Shown piece after piece: positions 18,653 through 28,987 of a stretch of 64,000 nt of DNA. Within the stretch, counting starts at the first letter, position 1. Every line of letters starts with the position of its first letter. This DNA comes from Clostridia bacterium (GTDB taxonomy: Bacteria; Bacillota; Clostridia; Christensenellales; Borkfalkiaceae), in NCBI GenBank assembly GCA_900764105.1, contig CAAFMS010000013.1, positions 28,445-92,444 of the forward strand. The letters are read 5' to 3'. A program made the position numbers and the translations under genes. Below the pieces are notes generated by a model. The model was not told the DNA's origin and made no database searches. It saw nothing but the letters and a program-made list of their open reading frames with translations.

Positions 18653-20914
18653 TTACGCCGTACGGTCGAATATTCTCACGCAAAACGCAGTCATATCGTC
18701 CTTCGCTTCGCCGTCCGTAAGCGATAACGCTCTGCTTAAAATGTTGTCCGCAAGCGTTTTCGGGTTCAACGCCCTTTGCGAAGATAAAAAGTCTATCAGT
18801 TCCGAGGACGAACCGAACGCGTCCGATATTCCGTCGCTCACAAGTACCACGACGTCTCCAGACGAAAGATTTGTTTTACAGACTGTCGGATGAAGTTCAT
18901 CGAGTATTCCGAGCGGCAACGAACTCCCTTCGACTATTTTCACCGAATCTTTCGTGATTATAAACGAGTAGGGCGAGCCTATTTTGATAAAGTCCGCGCT
19001 GCCCGAGAACAGGTCGATAACCCCCACGTCGAGAGCGGTGAAGTTGTCCTCACCGTTAAAGCATAGAACTTTATTCACGGTGGAAAGTACGGTTTCGCTC
19101 GAAAGTTCGGCTTTATAAAAGGTCTCGACGAGCGATACCGCCGCTGACGAGGTAACGGAGGCTTTCTCGCCGCTACCCATTCCGTCGTTTAAAGCGACGA
19201 GGAATTTACCTTCGTTTATCTTTGTAATCGAGTGGGTGTCTCCGCTTTTTTCTTTATCGTTTTTAGTTTTTTGCGACACCGAAAACGCCGCGTCGAATTT
19301 AGGCGAACGCCTTAAAGTGACGGCTGAGAGTTCTTCCGATAGATTAAAAATATCGCTGATAATCAACTTATAGCCCACCGTTTCCGAAATTGCTCGCAAA
19401 AATAACGGCTTTTGAATTTGCTTTTTCGGAAGCAGAACGCTTATCTCTTTATCGCTTCCGCCCTCGAATACGAGAGTCTCCAAAGCGGCAATGCCTACCG
19501 ATAAAAGGTTCTTGTTTATTTCGTCGGCGAGTTCGCTTTTGAGTTCTAACGTTCGACTCATATCCGCAGCCATATTTTTTATCGCCTCGGATAAACCCTC
19601 CGTCTGTGACAGCACGAGGTCTCTTCCGTCTTTAAGCGATTCCGCCCTTAACAACTCCCTTTCGTTTTCTCGGGCGAGAAAATCGGCTTCTTCCACGATT
19701 CTGTCGTTGTATTTGCAGTTAGTCATAAACCCTTTCGGGAGGTCGGCGAGGTTCAGTTTGCCTTTTGCCGTCGCTATTTGCATAGTTTTTTTCAGTTCCT
19801 CGTCCGACGGGAACATTACGCTTCGGCAATTTGAAAGGTTTTCGCATCCAGAACACGCCTTTACGAATAGTTCGTCCGCGAGGTCGGCTTCGACTTGTTC
19901 TTCCGAGATGGTTTTTTCGGACAGTTTTTCGAGCGATTGTATCATTTCGTCGAATACGGCGGATATTTCAAATAACTTCCCCGAAATTCCGAGCCTGTTT
20001 CTGTTTACGGCGTATTTTCCGAGATTGTTTTCCCTGTAAAGGGCGAACTCGTTTCGTATTTTACGCATAAACGATTCGGGCATAAACAGGTACAAGGCGA
20101 CGGGCGCGATTATAAAATAATTCTCGTACTCGGCGTACCCTATGTATGCGTCGGAAAATCTCCACAGCAACACTTTTACCGCAAGGGCGGAAAGCGACGC
20201 GGCGAGCCGAGAGTTTTTCGCGAGGCAGACGGCGGCTAAAGAGTAGAGGGCGAGCGGCGCGATTTTATTGGCGTCTCGGCTGTACAAAAATATAGGAAGC
20301 GAGGCTATAAGCGCGTAAACCGACGAAACGCCTCCTTTTAAAAGGCTTGCCGAAAGCAGTACGACGTACAATGCGAACGCCTCGTAGATTGCCTCGGACG
20401 AAAGGTTTACCGCCCCGTAAGCCGCCGCGACGTAGAGTACGGAAGCGGACACTATCTCGTCGGTCGAAAGACGGTATTTAAGCCCCTTGACTAAAAACAC
20501 CCTCGCCGCAGAGATGAATACGAAACCGAGCGGCACGCACGCCGCCGCGATTATCGCTCTTGCGGTAATATTGTGGCAGTCGCGTATGGCTATGTACGGA
20601 GCAACGGCTATTGCGAGAACCAAAGCGAGTTCGATTTTCGGCTTGCGTTTCAGTTTGTTCATAATAAGATAGTATACGACCGTCACTATTCCGCCCGCCG
20701 CTGCGGCAGTTATCGTAAACATCGAGAGGGAAAAGAGAAACGGCAGTACGTAGAGTGTAAACGACGCGAACGGGTTAAGCCCTACGAACAGATTTGCCGA
20801 GAGCAGAGGTAGTGAAAGCGGCGGATACTTGCCGTCGGTGGAAGTCAGAAGGACGTATCCCGTGAATGATAGAGCATATCGCCCCGCTTTTTTAAAATTA
20901 AACGCTTTTTTCAT
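18653..20914 (-). CDS. spoIIE: Stage II sporulation protein E (SpoIIE-like membrane PP2C phosphatase).
   Basis: About 10 N-terminal TM helices, a central regulatory region and a C-terminal PP2C-type domain (ALNDGMGSGEKAS ... VSDGISD). 753 aa. Confidence 0.65.
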   Translation of the reverse strand: MKKAFNFKKAGRYALSFTGYVLLTSTDGKYPPLSLPLLSANLFVGLNPFASFTLYVLPFLFSLSMFTITAAAAGGIVTVVYYLIMNKLKRKPKIELALVLAIAVAPYIAIRDCHNITARAIIAAACVPLGFVFISAARVFLVKGLKYRLSTDEIVSASVLYVAAAYGAVNLSSEAIYEAFALYVVLLSASLLKGGVSSVYALIASLPIFLYSRDANKIAPLALYSLAAVCLAKNSRLAASLSALAVKVLLWRFSDAYIGYAEYENYFIIAPVALYLFMPESFMRKIRNEFALYRENNLGKYAVNRNRLGISGKLFEISAVFDEMIQSLEKLSEKTISEEQVEADLADELFVKACSGCENLSNCRSVMFPSDEELKKTMQIATAKGKLNLADLPKGFMTNCKYNDRIVEEADFLARENERELLRAESLKDGRDLVLSQTEGLSEAIKNMAADMSRTLELKSELADEINKNLLSVGIAALETLVFEGGSDKEISVLLPKKQIQKPLFLRAISETVGYKLIISDIFNLSEELSAVTLRRSPKFDAAFSVSQKTKNDKEKSGDTHSITKINEGKFLVALNDGMGSGEKASVTSSAAVSLVETFYKAELSSETVLSTVNKVLCFNGEDNFTALDVGVIDLFSGSADFIKIGSPYSFIITKDSVKIVEGSSLPLGILDELHPTVCKTNLSSGDVVVLVSDGISDAFGSSSELIDFLSSQRALNPKTLADNILSRALSLTDGEAKDDMTAFCVRIFDRTA

Positions 20915-21023
20915 AGCCCGATTATACTATGTATTGTTTCAAAAAAACCGTAACTTTTGGTCGAAAACGAGAGAATATTGTAAAAAACTTGTCTTTATCC
21001 GCTCGCTGTGGTAAAATATTCGT

Positions 21024-22718
21024 ATGAAGAGGTTGAAAAATTTAACGGCGGGTTTAATCGCGTTTACGCTTGCCGCCGTCGTTTCGGGTTGTAAAAAAAC
21101 CGACGAGACGAAAAACGACAAGTTTATAAATTCGCTCGCGGTCGTTCGTTTTTCCGAGGGCGAAAGAGTTTCTAGAGCGAAAAGCGTTACGGAGGAAGTG
21201 TTTTTCCGCGACGAAAATTCCGTCAAAAACTACGTCGGAAAAATATCGGGCGGCAAGGCGAATTATACGACCGTTTCGTTTGAAATATGCGAATTGAAAA
21301 CCTCCGTAAAACGATATTTACCTGCCTATAAGTCGATTAACGGCGAATATGAGTTGATAAATGAAGAGGGTTACGACAATAGAATCACAGGCGAAAACGG
21401 AGAGGTTTCGAGAGGCGGAGAGAACTCGGGCAGATTTATCGCCGAGCAAGAACTCGTCCGCGAGATAGGCGAGAGTTTAAGGTCGGATTTGCCGAACGAC
21501 GGCGACGGAGACGGATTTGCCGATCTCGTGACGGTCGTATTCGATTTGAAATCGCAAGACGCGGACACCGTCTTAGCCCTCGCTTCGAGCGGAATCTTCA
21601 ACGCGCATCAGGGCGAGTATTATGCGGGAAAGTTCTCATACGGAGACGAGGAAATTACTTTCGGCGAAGCGAAAGCGGGCGGCGCGAAAATCGGTAAGTA
21701 TGTTTTTATGCCTCTCGGTTCGATATATAAAGAGGGTCAAAAGTACTACGCTGCCGCCTGTCACGAGACTTTGCACGCGTTCGGCGCGGCGGATATGTAT
21801 ACGGCGGACGGCTTAACCGAACCCGTCGGGGCGATTGACGTAATGGGTAACGTTCCTCTCGAAAAACTCACGGTAAATCCCGTTTATCCGCTCTCGTACA
21901 CGAGGGAAAAACTCGGGTTTATCGGCGGCGAAGATTTAGGGGCGGTAATAAAGAGCGGCGAGTATACGCTTTTTCCGACCGAGTCCGAAAAATCGGGGAT
22001 AAAGGCATACAAAATCGTACCGCCCGACTTTTTGGAGAGAAGAGATTGTTTTTATGTCGAATACAGAAAAAGCGAGGGGGACGGCAAGCCGAATTTCGAC
22101 GGGCTTATAATTTACAGAGTAAACGGCGGTAACGGCTATATTCAAAGAGACGGCGGCTACGGGAAAGCGTATAACGGCAACCTTTACGGCGAAAACGAGG
22201 TTTACGTTTTCAGGTTTAAAGACGCGAACGAGGACGATAAAACTTTCGACGGGGCAAACTGTTTCGCCACGCTTTCGTCTCAGTCGGAAAGGACGACTTT
22301 CGGCTCGGAAACGAACGGCGAAAACCTTATAACTTATTCGGACAAAACCAACTCGGGGATAGTCGTAAACTTCTTGAAAAACAACTCCGACGGCTCGGTT
22401 ACGTTTTCGATAAAATTGCCCGAATACGACGTAAAAAACCCCGCCGAAGTCGATTATCGCGAAATATTCGTCGATAAAGGCGGCAATTTAAAACTTGATT
22501 TTTACCGTCCGCTCGCGAGCGGAAACGCCTACGTCGTTCAGACCGAAAAGCCGATAATAAGACCTTCGGCGAAGAAGATAAAAAGCGGGAAGTACGGCAG
22601 CGTAAAGATACTGCCTTCGGCGTTTATGGAAACGGAATTGTCGTACGAGGGAAACTACGTTTATCTCGCGTTCGACGATACCGACGAGATAAAATCTTAC
22701 GTTCTGAAAAAGTCGTGA
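21024..22718 (+). CDS. Secreted lipoprotein carrying an HExxH zinc-metallopeptidase motif.
   Basis: Lipobox AAVVSGCKK; zincin motif ACHETLHAFGAADMY; 564 aa. The peptidase family was not determined. Confidence 0.5.
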   Translation: MKRLKNLTAGLIAFTLAAVVSGCKKTDETKNDKFINSLAVVRFSEGERVSRAKSVTEEVFFRDENSVKNYVGKISGGKANYTTVSFEICELKTSVKRYLPAYKSINGEYELINEEGYDNRITGENGEVSRGGENSGRFIAEQELVREIGESLRSDLPNDGDGDGFADLVTVVFDLKSQDADTVLALASSGIFNAHQGEYYAGKFSYGDEEITFGEAKAGGAKIGKYVFMPLGSIYKEGQKYYAAACHETLHAFGAADMYTADGLTEPVGAIDVMGNVPLEKLTVNPVYPLSYTREKLGFIGGEDLGAVIKSGEYTLFPTESEKSGIKAYKIVPPDFLERRDCFYVEYRKSEGDGKPNFDGLIIYRVNGGNGYIQRDGGYGKAYNGNLYGENEVYVFRFKDANEDDKTFDGANCFATLSSQSERTTFGSETNGENLITYSDKTNSGIVVNFLKNNSDGSVTFSIKLPEYDVKNPAEVDYREIFVDKGGNLKLDFYRPLASGNAYVVQTEKPIIRPSAKKIKSGKYGSVKILPSAFMETELSYEGNYVYLAFDDTDEIKSYVLKKS

Positions 22719-22971
22719 CGGCGAGGATCGGAACAACGCCCTGAAAAACCTGACGGAAAATCGAAAAACGGTAAAAAATAAATTGAAAATGCTAAAAAAT
22801 AACGGAAAACGGCGTCAAAAAGATTGCAAAATTCAATTATATATGTTAAAATAAACAGGCTATAAAATTCACACTCGACTTTTGCGACCATTCGTGCCGT
22901 CAAATAAATTTTTCAAGGCGGTTAGCGGCGCATAAAAAAGAAGTCGGGGAGGAATAACGGAGGAAACAATT

Positions 22972-23784
22972 ATGGCAGTAACTTCTATGAAGCAACTTCT
23001 CGAAGCGGGCGTTCATTTCGGACACCAGACGAGAAGATGGAACCCCAAGATGAAAAAGTACATCTACGGCGAAAGAAACGGTATTCACATTATCGACCTT
23101 CAGATCACGGTCGACCTTGTCGAAGAGGCTTACAAGTTCGTTGTAGATCAGGTTAAGCAGGACAAGACCGTTCTTTTCGTCGGCACCAAGAAGCAGGCTC
23201 AGGAGGCTATCCAGCAGGAAGCGGAAAGATGCGGTATGTACTACGTCAATTCGAGATGGCTCGGCGGTACGCTTACCAACTTCAAGACTATCAGAACGAG
23301 AATCGACAGACTTAACAAACTCGACAATATGGAAAAGACGGGCGAGTTCGATCTTCTTCCCAAGAAAGAAGTTCTCGGGCTTAAAGCGGAGAGAGACAAA
23401 CTTCTTTACAACCTCGGAGGTATCAGAGAGATGAAATCCCTTCCGGGCGTAATGTTCGTCGTTGACCCCAACTGCGAATTGAACGCCGTTAAGGAAGCGA
23501 GAAAACTCAACATTCCCGTAGTCGCTATCACCGATACCAACTGCGACCCCGACCTTGTAGACTACGTTATCTCGGGTAACGACGACGCTATCAGAGCGGT
23601 AAAACTCATCGCTTCGATAATCGCCGACGCCGTAATCGAGGCTAAGCAGGGCGAAGACGCGGTAAGACGCAACGTAGTTGACGACGAACCCGCTACTTTG
23701 GAAGAAACCATAACGGACGCTCCCGCAGCCGAAGAGGCTGTCGCGAACGAAGAAGCGGCAGAGGAAACTCCCGTAGAAGCGTAA
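22972..23784 (+). CDS. rpsB: 30S ribosomal protein S2.
   Basis: [27 protein letters not shown]... is canonical S2. GGAGGA RBS. Confidence 0.95.
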   Translation: MAVTSMKQLLEAGVHFGHQTRRWNPKMKKYIYGERNGIHIIDLQITVDLVEEAYKFVVDQVKQDKTVLFVGTKKQAQEAIQQEAERCGMYYVNSRWLGGTLTNFKTIRTRIDRLNKLDNMEKTGEFDLLPKKEVLGLKAERDKLLYNLGGIREMKSLPGVMFVVDPNCELNAVKEARKLNIPVVAITDTNCDPDLVDYVISGNDDAIRAVKLIASIIADAVIEAKQGEDAVRRNVVDDEPATLEETITDAPAAEEAVANEEAAEETPVEA

Positions 23785-23847
23785 TCGAAGGTCTCTATCT
23801 TAACACAAATTCAAACGTAAATTCAAATATATCAAGGAGAAATAATT

Positions 23848-24510
23848 ATGGCAAATTATACCGCAGCGGACGTAAAGAACCTTCGCGAAAGAACAGGCGC
23901 AGGAATGATGGACTGCAAGAACGCCCTCGTCGAATGCGACGGCGATATGGAAAAAGCGATAGATTATCTCAGAGAGAAAGGCATAGCGAAAGCGGCTAAG
24001 AAAGCGGGCAGAATCGCTGCCGAAGGTATCGTTGACAGTTATATCCACATGGGCGGAAAGGTCGGCGTTCTTCTCGAAGTAAACTGCGAAACCGACTTCG
24101 TTGCCAACGGAGATATGTTCAGATCTTTGGTGCACGACATCGCTCTTCAGATTGCGGCGGCAAATCCGCAGTACGTCAGCCAGTCGGAAGTTCCCGAAGA
24201 AGTTCTTGAAAAAGAAAAGGCGATTCTTCGCGCTCAGGCTCTTGAAGAAGGCAAGCCCGAAAAAATCATCGACAAGATGGTCGAGGGAAGAATTAAGACG
24301 TTCTACGAAGAGAACTGCCTTCTCAATCAGAAATTCGTAAAAGACCCCTCCAAGACTATCGAACAGGTAGTCGTAGAGGCAACCGCTCAGATCGGCGAAA
24401 AGATTTCCGTAAGAAGATTCGTTCGCTACGAAATGGGCGAAGGACTTCAGAAGAAAGAAGAAAATCTTGCCGACGAAGTTCAGGCGCAAGTCAGCGCAAT
24501 GAAGAAATAA
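23848..24510 (+). CDS. tsf: Translation elongation factor Ts.
   Basis: N-terminal UBA-like [21 protein letters not shown] and dimerisation core; 220 aa. Follows rpsB. Confidence 0.9.
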   Translation: MANYTAADVKNLRERTGAGMMDCKNALVECDGDMEKAIDYLREKGIAKAAKKAGRIAAEGIVDSYIHMGGKVGVLLEVNCETDFVANGDMFRSLVHDIALQIAAANPQYVSQSEVPEEVLEKEKAILRAQALEEGKPEKIIDKMVEGRIKTFYEENCLLNQKFVKDPSKTIEQVVVEATAQIGEKISVRRFVRYEMGEGLQKKEENLADEVQAQVSAMKK

Positions 24511-24515
24511 TCGTT

Positions 24516-24560
24516 TCCGCGGGCGGAAAGCAAAACGCTTCCCGCCCGCGGAAAATCAAA
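24516..24560 (+). terminator. Terminator after tsf.
   Basis: tccgcgggcggaaagc...gcttcccgcccgcgga imperfect hairpin. Confidence 0.5.
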
Positions 24561-24677
24561 CGAAATACACTCGCTTTATCTTTACGGCGGCTCGTTTCGT
24601 TTGGGTGAAACTGTCGTTTTTATGCCTCGGGGCGTAAATCTCTACGGCAGTTTTTTTAAAAAAGACGAGGTTTGTGA

Positions 24678-25382
24678 ATGAAACCGAAATATAAAAGAAT
24701 ACTTTTAAAGATAAGCGGAGAGGCTCTTTCGGGAGATAAGGGTCACGGGTTCGAGGCGGACTCGCTCGTAAAAGTCGCAAGGCAGATCAAAGCGGTATCG
24801 GATCTCGGCGTCGAGGTCGGGATAGTGGTCGGCGGCGGAAATATCTGGCGCGGCAGACAAAGTATGAATATCGACCGCACGGCGGCGGACTACATGGGTA
24901 TGCTCGCAACGGTGATAAACGCCTTGGCGGTTTCGGAAAGTCTGATATCCGAAGGAGTTGACGCGGTGGTTTTAACCTCGCTCGCGATAACGGGCGTAGG
25001 CGAACCGTTCAACTTCAAAAACGCCGACAAATATCTTAAAGAAGGTAAAATCGTCGTGTTCGGCGGCGGTACGGGAAATCCCTATTTTTCGACGGATACG
25101 GGCGCGTCTTTAAGGGCCGTGGAAATAGGCGCGGATGCCTTGCTCCTCGCGAAAAATATCGACGGAATTTACGACAGCGACCCGAAAATCAATCCGAACG
25201 CCAAGAAATTCGACGAAATTTCTTACGACGAATACGTTTCTCTGGGGCTTAAGGCGATGGACACCTCCGCAGTTGTAATGTGCAAGGAAAATGGAATGAA
25301 AGTTCACGCATTCGGCTTAAAAGAGGAAAATTCCATAATGAAAGCCGTAACGGGCGACCGCGAAGGTACGGTAATTTACTAA
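24678..25382 (+). CDS. pyrH: UMP kinase.
   Basis: KRILLKISGEAL ... GGGNIWRG amino-acid kinase motifs. Confidence 0.9.
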   Translation: MKPKYKRILLKISGEALSGDKGHGFEADSLVKVARQIKAVSDLGVEVGIVVGGGNIWRGRQSMNIDRTAADYMGMLATVINALAVSESLISEGVDAVVLTSLAITGVGEPFNFKNADKYLKEGKIVVFGGGTGNPYFSTDTGASLRAVEIGADALLLAKNIDGIYDSDPKINPNAKKFDEISYDEYVSLGLKAMDTSAVVMCKENGMKVHAFGLKEENSIMKAVTGDREGTVIY

Positions 25383-25530
25383 AATCTACTGAAATTACCG
25401 AAACGGCAGATTATCGGGGATATAAAACGGTAACCTACCGAGACCGATAAGCCGAAGAATACGCTCGTAAAAAAGCGTAAACTTATTATATAAACCGCAA
25501 ACTTATTATATAATAAAAGGGAGAGAAAAA

Positions 25531-26106
25531 ATGGCATTAGACATTGAAAAAGTTGAAAACATAATACTCGAATCGAGCGACAAACTCGGCAAATCTGCCG
25601 ACGTGTTCGTCTCCGACCTCACTCAGGTGAGAGCGGGCAGAGCGAATCCCCACGTTCTCGACAAAATCAAAATAGATTATTACGGAACGTTGTCGCCCAT
25701 AAATCAAGTCGGCAATATCGCCGTTACCGACGGACAATGCCTCGTCATTACGCCGTGGGACAAGAGTCTGCTCAAAGGCATCGAAAAGGCTATTCAACTT
25801 TCGGACATCGGTATAAACCCGACTAACGACGGAAACGTTATAAGGCTTGTTTTCCCGACGCTCACGGAAGAAAGAAGAAAGGATATAGTAAAACAAGTCA
25901 AAAAAATGAGCGAAGACGCCAAAATCGCCGTGAGAAATATTCGCAGAGACACTTTGGACTCGCTTAAAAAGATGAATAAAGCCAAAGAGATGACGGACGA
26001 CGAGTATGCCGACTATGAATCTCAGGTAGAGAAAGAAGTCTCCAAGACGATGGAAGTTATCGAAAAGGCAACCGCCGAAAAGGAAAAGGAGTTGCTTACC
26101 GTATAA
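25531..26106 (+). CDS. frr: Ribosome recycling factor.
   Basis: 191 aa; conserved RRF pattern ...VRAGRANPHVLDKIKIDYYG... Confidence 0.9.
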   Translation: MALDIEKVENIILESSDKLGKSADVFVSDLTQVRAGRANPHVLDKIKIDYYGTLSPINQVGNIAVTDGQCLVITPWDKSLLKGIEKAIQLSDIGINPTNDGNVIRLVFPTLTEERRKDIVKQVKKMSEDAKIAVRNIRRDTLDSLKKMNKAKEMTDDEYADYESQVEKEVSKTMEVIEKATAEKEKELLTV

Positions 26107-26107
26107 T

Positions 26108-26821
26108 ATGGCTGAACTTACTCGGATACCGAGGCACGTCGGCATAATAATGGACGGCAACGGAAGGTGGGCGAAATTACGGGGAAAGCCACGAAATTAC
26201 GGACATAAAAAAGGCGCGGAAGTTATAGATGAAATCGTTTCGGAATGTTTCGATAAAGGAATAGAGGCGGTTAGTTTATACGCGTTTTCTACCGAAAACT
26301 GGATAAGACCGAAAGAAGAGGTCAATGCTATTTTCGGGCTTTTAGGCTTGCTTTTAAATTCGAAATTTAAAAAGTTAATGAGGGAGAAGGTTCGGCTTTT
26401 AGTGTCAGGCGACCTTTCGCCTATTCCCGAAAATTTGCGGAAGAGATGCGAAGAGGTAATGGCTTTAACGGCGGACTTTACGGGCAGAACGCTCAACGTT
26501 GCCGTAAACTACGGTTCGAGAGCGGAGATCGTCAGGGCGTGTAACGCAATCGCGCAAGACGGAATAAAAACCGTCACCGAAGAAGAAATCGAAAAGCGGC
26601 TTTACACGGCGGGACTTCCCGACATCGACCTCGTTATAAGGACGAGCGGCGAGATGCGGCTCAGTAATTTCTTTTTATGGCAATGCGCCTATGCGGAATT
26701 TTATTTCACCGACGTTTTATGGCCCGATTTCCACGCGAATGAACTCGATGAGGCGTTGGAGTGGTATTCGGGGAGAAAGAGACGTTTCGGCGGGGTCGGA
26801 ACTTCTGAAAACAAAGATTAA
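26108..26821 (+). CDS. uppS: Undecaprenyl (isoprenyl) diphosphate synthase.
   Basis: PRHVGIIMDGNGRWA cis-prenyltransferase signature. Confidence 0.9.
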   Translation: MAELTRIPRHVGIIMDGNGRWAKLRGKPRNYGHKKGAEVIDEIVSECFDKGIEAVSLYAFSTENWIRPKEEVNAIFGLLGLLLNSKFKKLMREKVRLLVSGDLSPIPENLRKRCEEVMALTADFTGRTLNVAVNYGSRAEIVRACNAIAQDGIKTVTEEEIEKRLYTAGLPDIDLVIRTSGEMRLSNFFLWQCAYAEFYFTDVLWPDFHANELDEALEWYSGRKRRFGGVGTSENKD

Positions 26822-26825
26822 ATTT

Positions 26826-27758
26826 ATGTTAAAAAGAATTATTACGGGAATAGGGATAATCATCGTAACCGCGGCGTTTTTTCTGTTCAGAGAATTTTTC
26901 GACGCGGTTATTTTTACATCGACGTACTATTCGATAATTACCGAAGTTACCGTCGGTTCGTTTCTGTTTGACTTATTTATACTCGGTATGGCGGTGATTT
27001 CGACTTACGAATACGTTAAGGCGTTTTCGGGTGAACCCGTCGTGGGCGATTCCGTTTCGGAGAAATTCTCCTCGGGCAAACTCATAACTTCCGAAAAGGT
27101 TATCGTTATGTGTTATCCCGTTGTGGTGTATATGGCGTTTACCTTTCAGGGACTCGGCTGGGCGTTCGGAGCAATGCTCGGAACCTTCCTCTGTCTGTTG
27201 TCGCTTCTTGTTTTCGACCACGAAAAAATCACGCTCGAAAGCATAGGAATGTCGCTTTTTGCGATGGTTTATCCTTCGACGATACTCATTTCGCTTCTCG
27301 TTTTAAACAGGACGAGCGCGTGTATCGGACCGCTTTTACTGCCGTTTGCCATTTCGCCGTTCGCAGACACTTTCGCATATCTCGTCGGTAGTACGGTGGG
27401 CGGTAAAAAAATGTGTCCGAGTATCAGTCCGAAAAAGACGATAAGCGGAGGGATCGGCGGTCTTGTCGGCGGCGTTTTTGCGAGTCTTCTGGTATATTTT
27501 ATCTTTATCGAAAAAGGCGAATACGTTTCGACTATGTGGGTTGAAGTTCTGATGTTTGCCCTTGCGGGACTTCTCGGCGCGATACTCACCGAGTTCGGCG
27601 ACCTTGTGGAAAGCGTTATAAAGAGAAAACTCGGAATAAAGGATATGGGAAAAATACTTCCCGGACATGGCGGTATGTCCGATCGCATAGACGGACTTGC
27701 GTTCACCGCGCCTGCGGTCGCCATTGTGTTCGCGATTATTATTCCGTTCTTAAAATAG
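26826..27758 (+). CDS. cdsA: Phosphatidate cytidylyltransferase.
   Basis: Multi-TM protein with CDS signature ...ESVIKRKLGIKDMGKILPGHGGMSDRIDGL. Start taken at MLKRIITG (26826), immediately after the uppS stop. The ORF track begins earlier in the same frame. Confidence 0.85.
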   Translation: MLKRIITGIGIIIVTAAFFLFREFFDAVIFTSTYYSIITEVTVGSFLFDLFILGMAVISTYEYVKAFSGEPVVGDSVSEKFSSGKLITSEKVIVMCYPVVVYMAFTFQGLGWAFGAMLGTFLCLLSLLVFDHEKITLESIGMSLFAMVYPSTILISLLVLNRTSACIGPLLLPFAISPFADTFAYLVGSTVGGKKMCPSISPKKTISGGIGGLVGGVFASLLVYFIFIEKGEYVSTMWVEVLMFALAGLLGAILTEFGDLVESVIKRKLGIKDMGKILPGHGGMSDRIDGLAFTAPAVAIVFAIIIPFLK

Positions 27759-27844
27759 GATAACGAATGTTACCCTAAAAATCTGAATATAATAAACGGG
27801 AAAGGGGGAATAGCGGAAAAAGTTATTCCCTCGATTTAAAAAAT

Positions 27845-28987
27845 ATGGTAAAAATAGCATTGCTCGGTAGTACGGGTTCGATAGGCAAGCAAGTTTTAAA
27901 CGTCGTAAGGCGTTACGGCGAGAGATTTTCGATAGTTTCGCTCGCCGCGGGAAGCAACGCGAAACTTTTATGCGAACAGGCTGCGGAGTTTAAACCCGAA
28001 ATAATCGCTCTTGCCAATTCCGGAAAGGCGGCGGAAATACGCGAACTTCCGAAAGGCGTTACGCTTTATACGGGCGAAAACGCTTCTTTACACGCCGTGA
28101 CCGAAAAAGCCGACGTGGTTTTCGTTGCGGTTTCGGGGTTTTGCGGACTTGCGCCCGTTTTAGAGGCGATAAAACTCAAAAAGACCGTCGCGCTCGCGAA
28201 CAAGGAAACGCTTGTGGCGGGCGGCGAAATCGTTATGAAACTCGCGGAGAAAAACGGGGTTAAAATAATACCCGTTGACAGCGAACATTCGGCGATTTTT
28301 CAATGTCTCGGGTTCGATATGAAAGCCGAGTTCAAAAAACTCATAATAACCGCGAGCGGCGGGGCGTTCAGAGACTTTACGAAGTCGGAAATAGAGAACA
28401 AGAAAGCCGCCGACGCCTTAAAGCACCCTAATTGGCAGATGGGCAAAAAAATCACTATCGACTGCGCGACTATGCTGAATAAAGGTCTCGAAGTTATCGA
28501 GGCGTGCAGATTGTATAACGCGCCGCTTGAAAAGGTCGAAGCGGTGGTACACCCCGAAAGTATAGTACATTCCATGGTTGAGTTTAAAGACGGGGCTATT
28601 ATGGCTCAACTCGGATTTCCGTCTATGGAAATTCCCATACAACTTGCTCTTACTTATCCCGAAAGGCTCGAAACGGGCGCGCCGCTTATGAATCTTGTCG
28701 GGAAAACTTTACGATTCGATAAAATCGACGAGGACAGATTTCCGTGTTTCCCCTTGGCGTTGGAAGCGTTTAAAAAGGGCGGCTTATCGCCTTGCGTAAT
28801 GAACGCGGCGAACGAAGCGGCGGTAAAACTGTATCTCGACGACAAAATAAAATTCTATGATATTGCGGAACTCATTTCTTACGCCACGGGTAAAATCTCG
28901 GGCGGCGAAACCGACTACGACAGTCTCGTAGCGGCGGACAGAGAGGCGAGAGCGGCGGTATACGAAAAATGCGAGGTAGGATATTGA
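27845..28987 (+). CDS. dxr: 1-deoxy-D-xylulose 5-phosphate reductoisomerase.
   Basis: IALLGSTGSIGKQ NADPH-binding motif and a Dxr C-terminal domain. Confidence 0.9.
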   Translation: MVKIALLGSTGSIGKQVLNVVRRYGERFSIVSLAAGSNAKLLCEQAAEFKPEIIALANSGKAAEIRELPKGVTLYTGENASLHAVTEKADVVFVAVSGFCGLAPVLEAIKLKKTVALANKETLVAGGEIVMKLAEKNGVKIIPVDSEHSAIFQCLGFDMKAEFKKLIITASGGAFRDFTKSEIENKKAADALKHPNWQMGKKITIDCATMLNKGLEVIEACRLYNAPLEKVEAVVHPESIVHSMVEFKDGAIMAQLGFPSMEIPIQLALTYPERLETGAPLMNLVGKTLRFDKIDEDRFPCFPLALEAFKKGGLSPCVMNAANEAAVKLYLDDKIKFYDIAELISYATGKISGGETDYDSLVAADREARAAVYEKCEVGY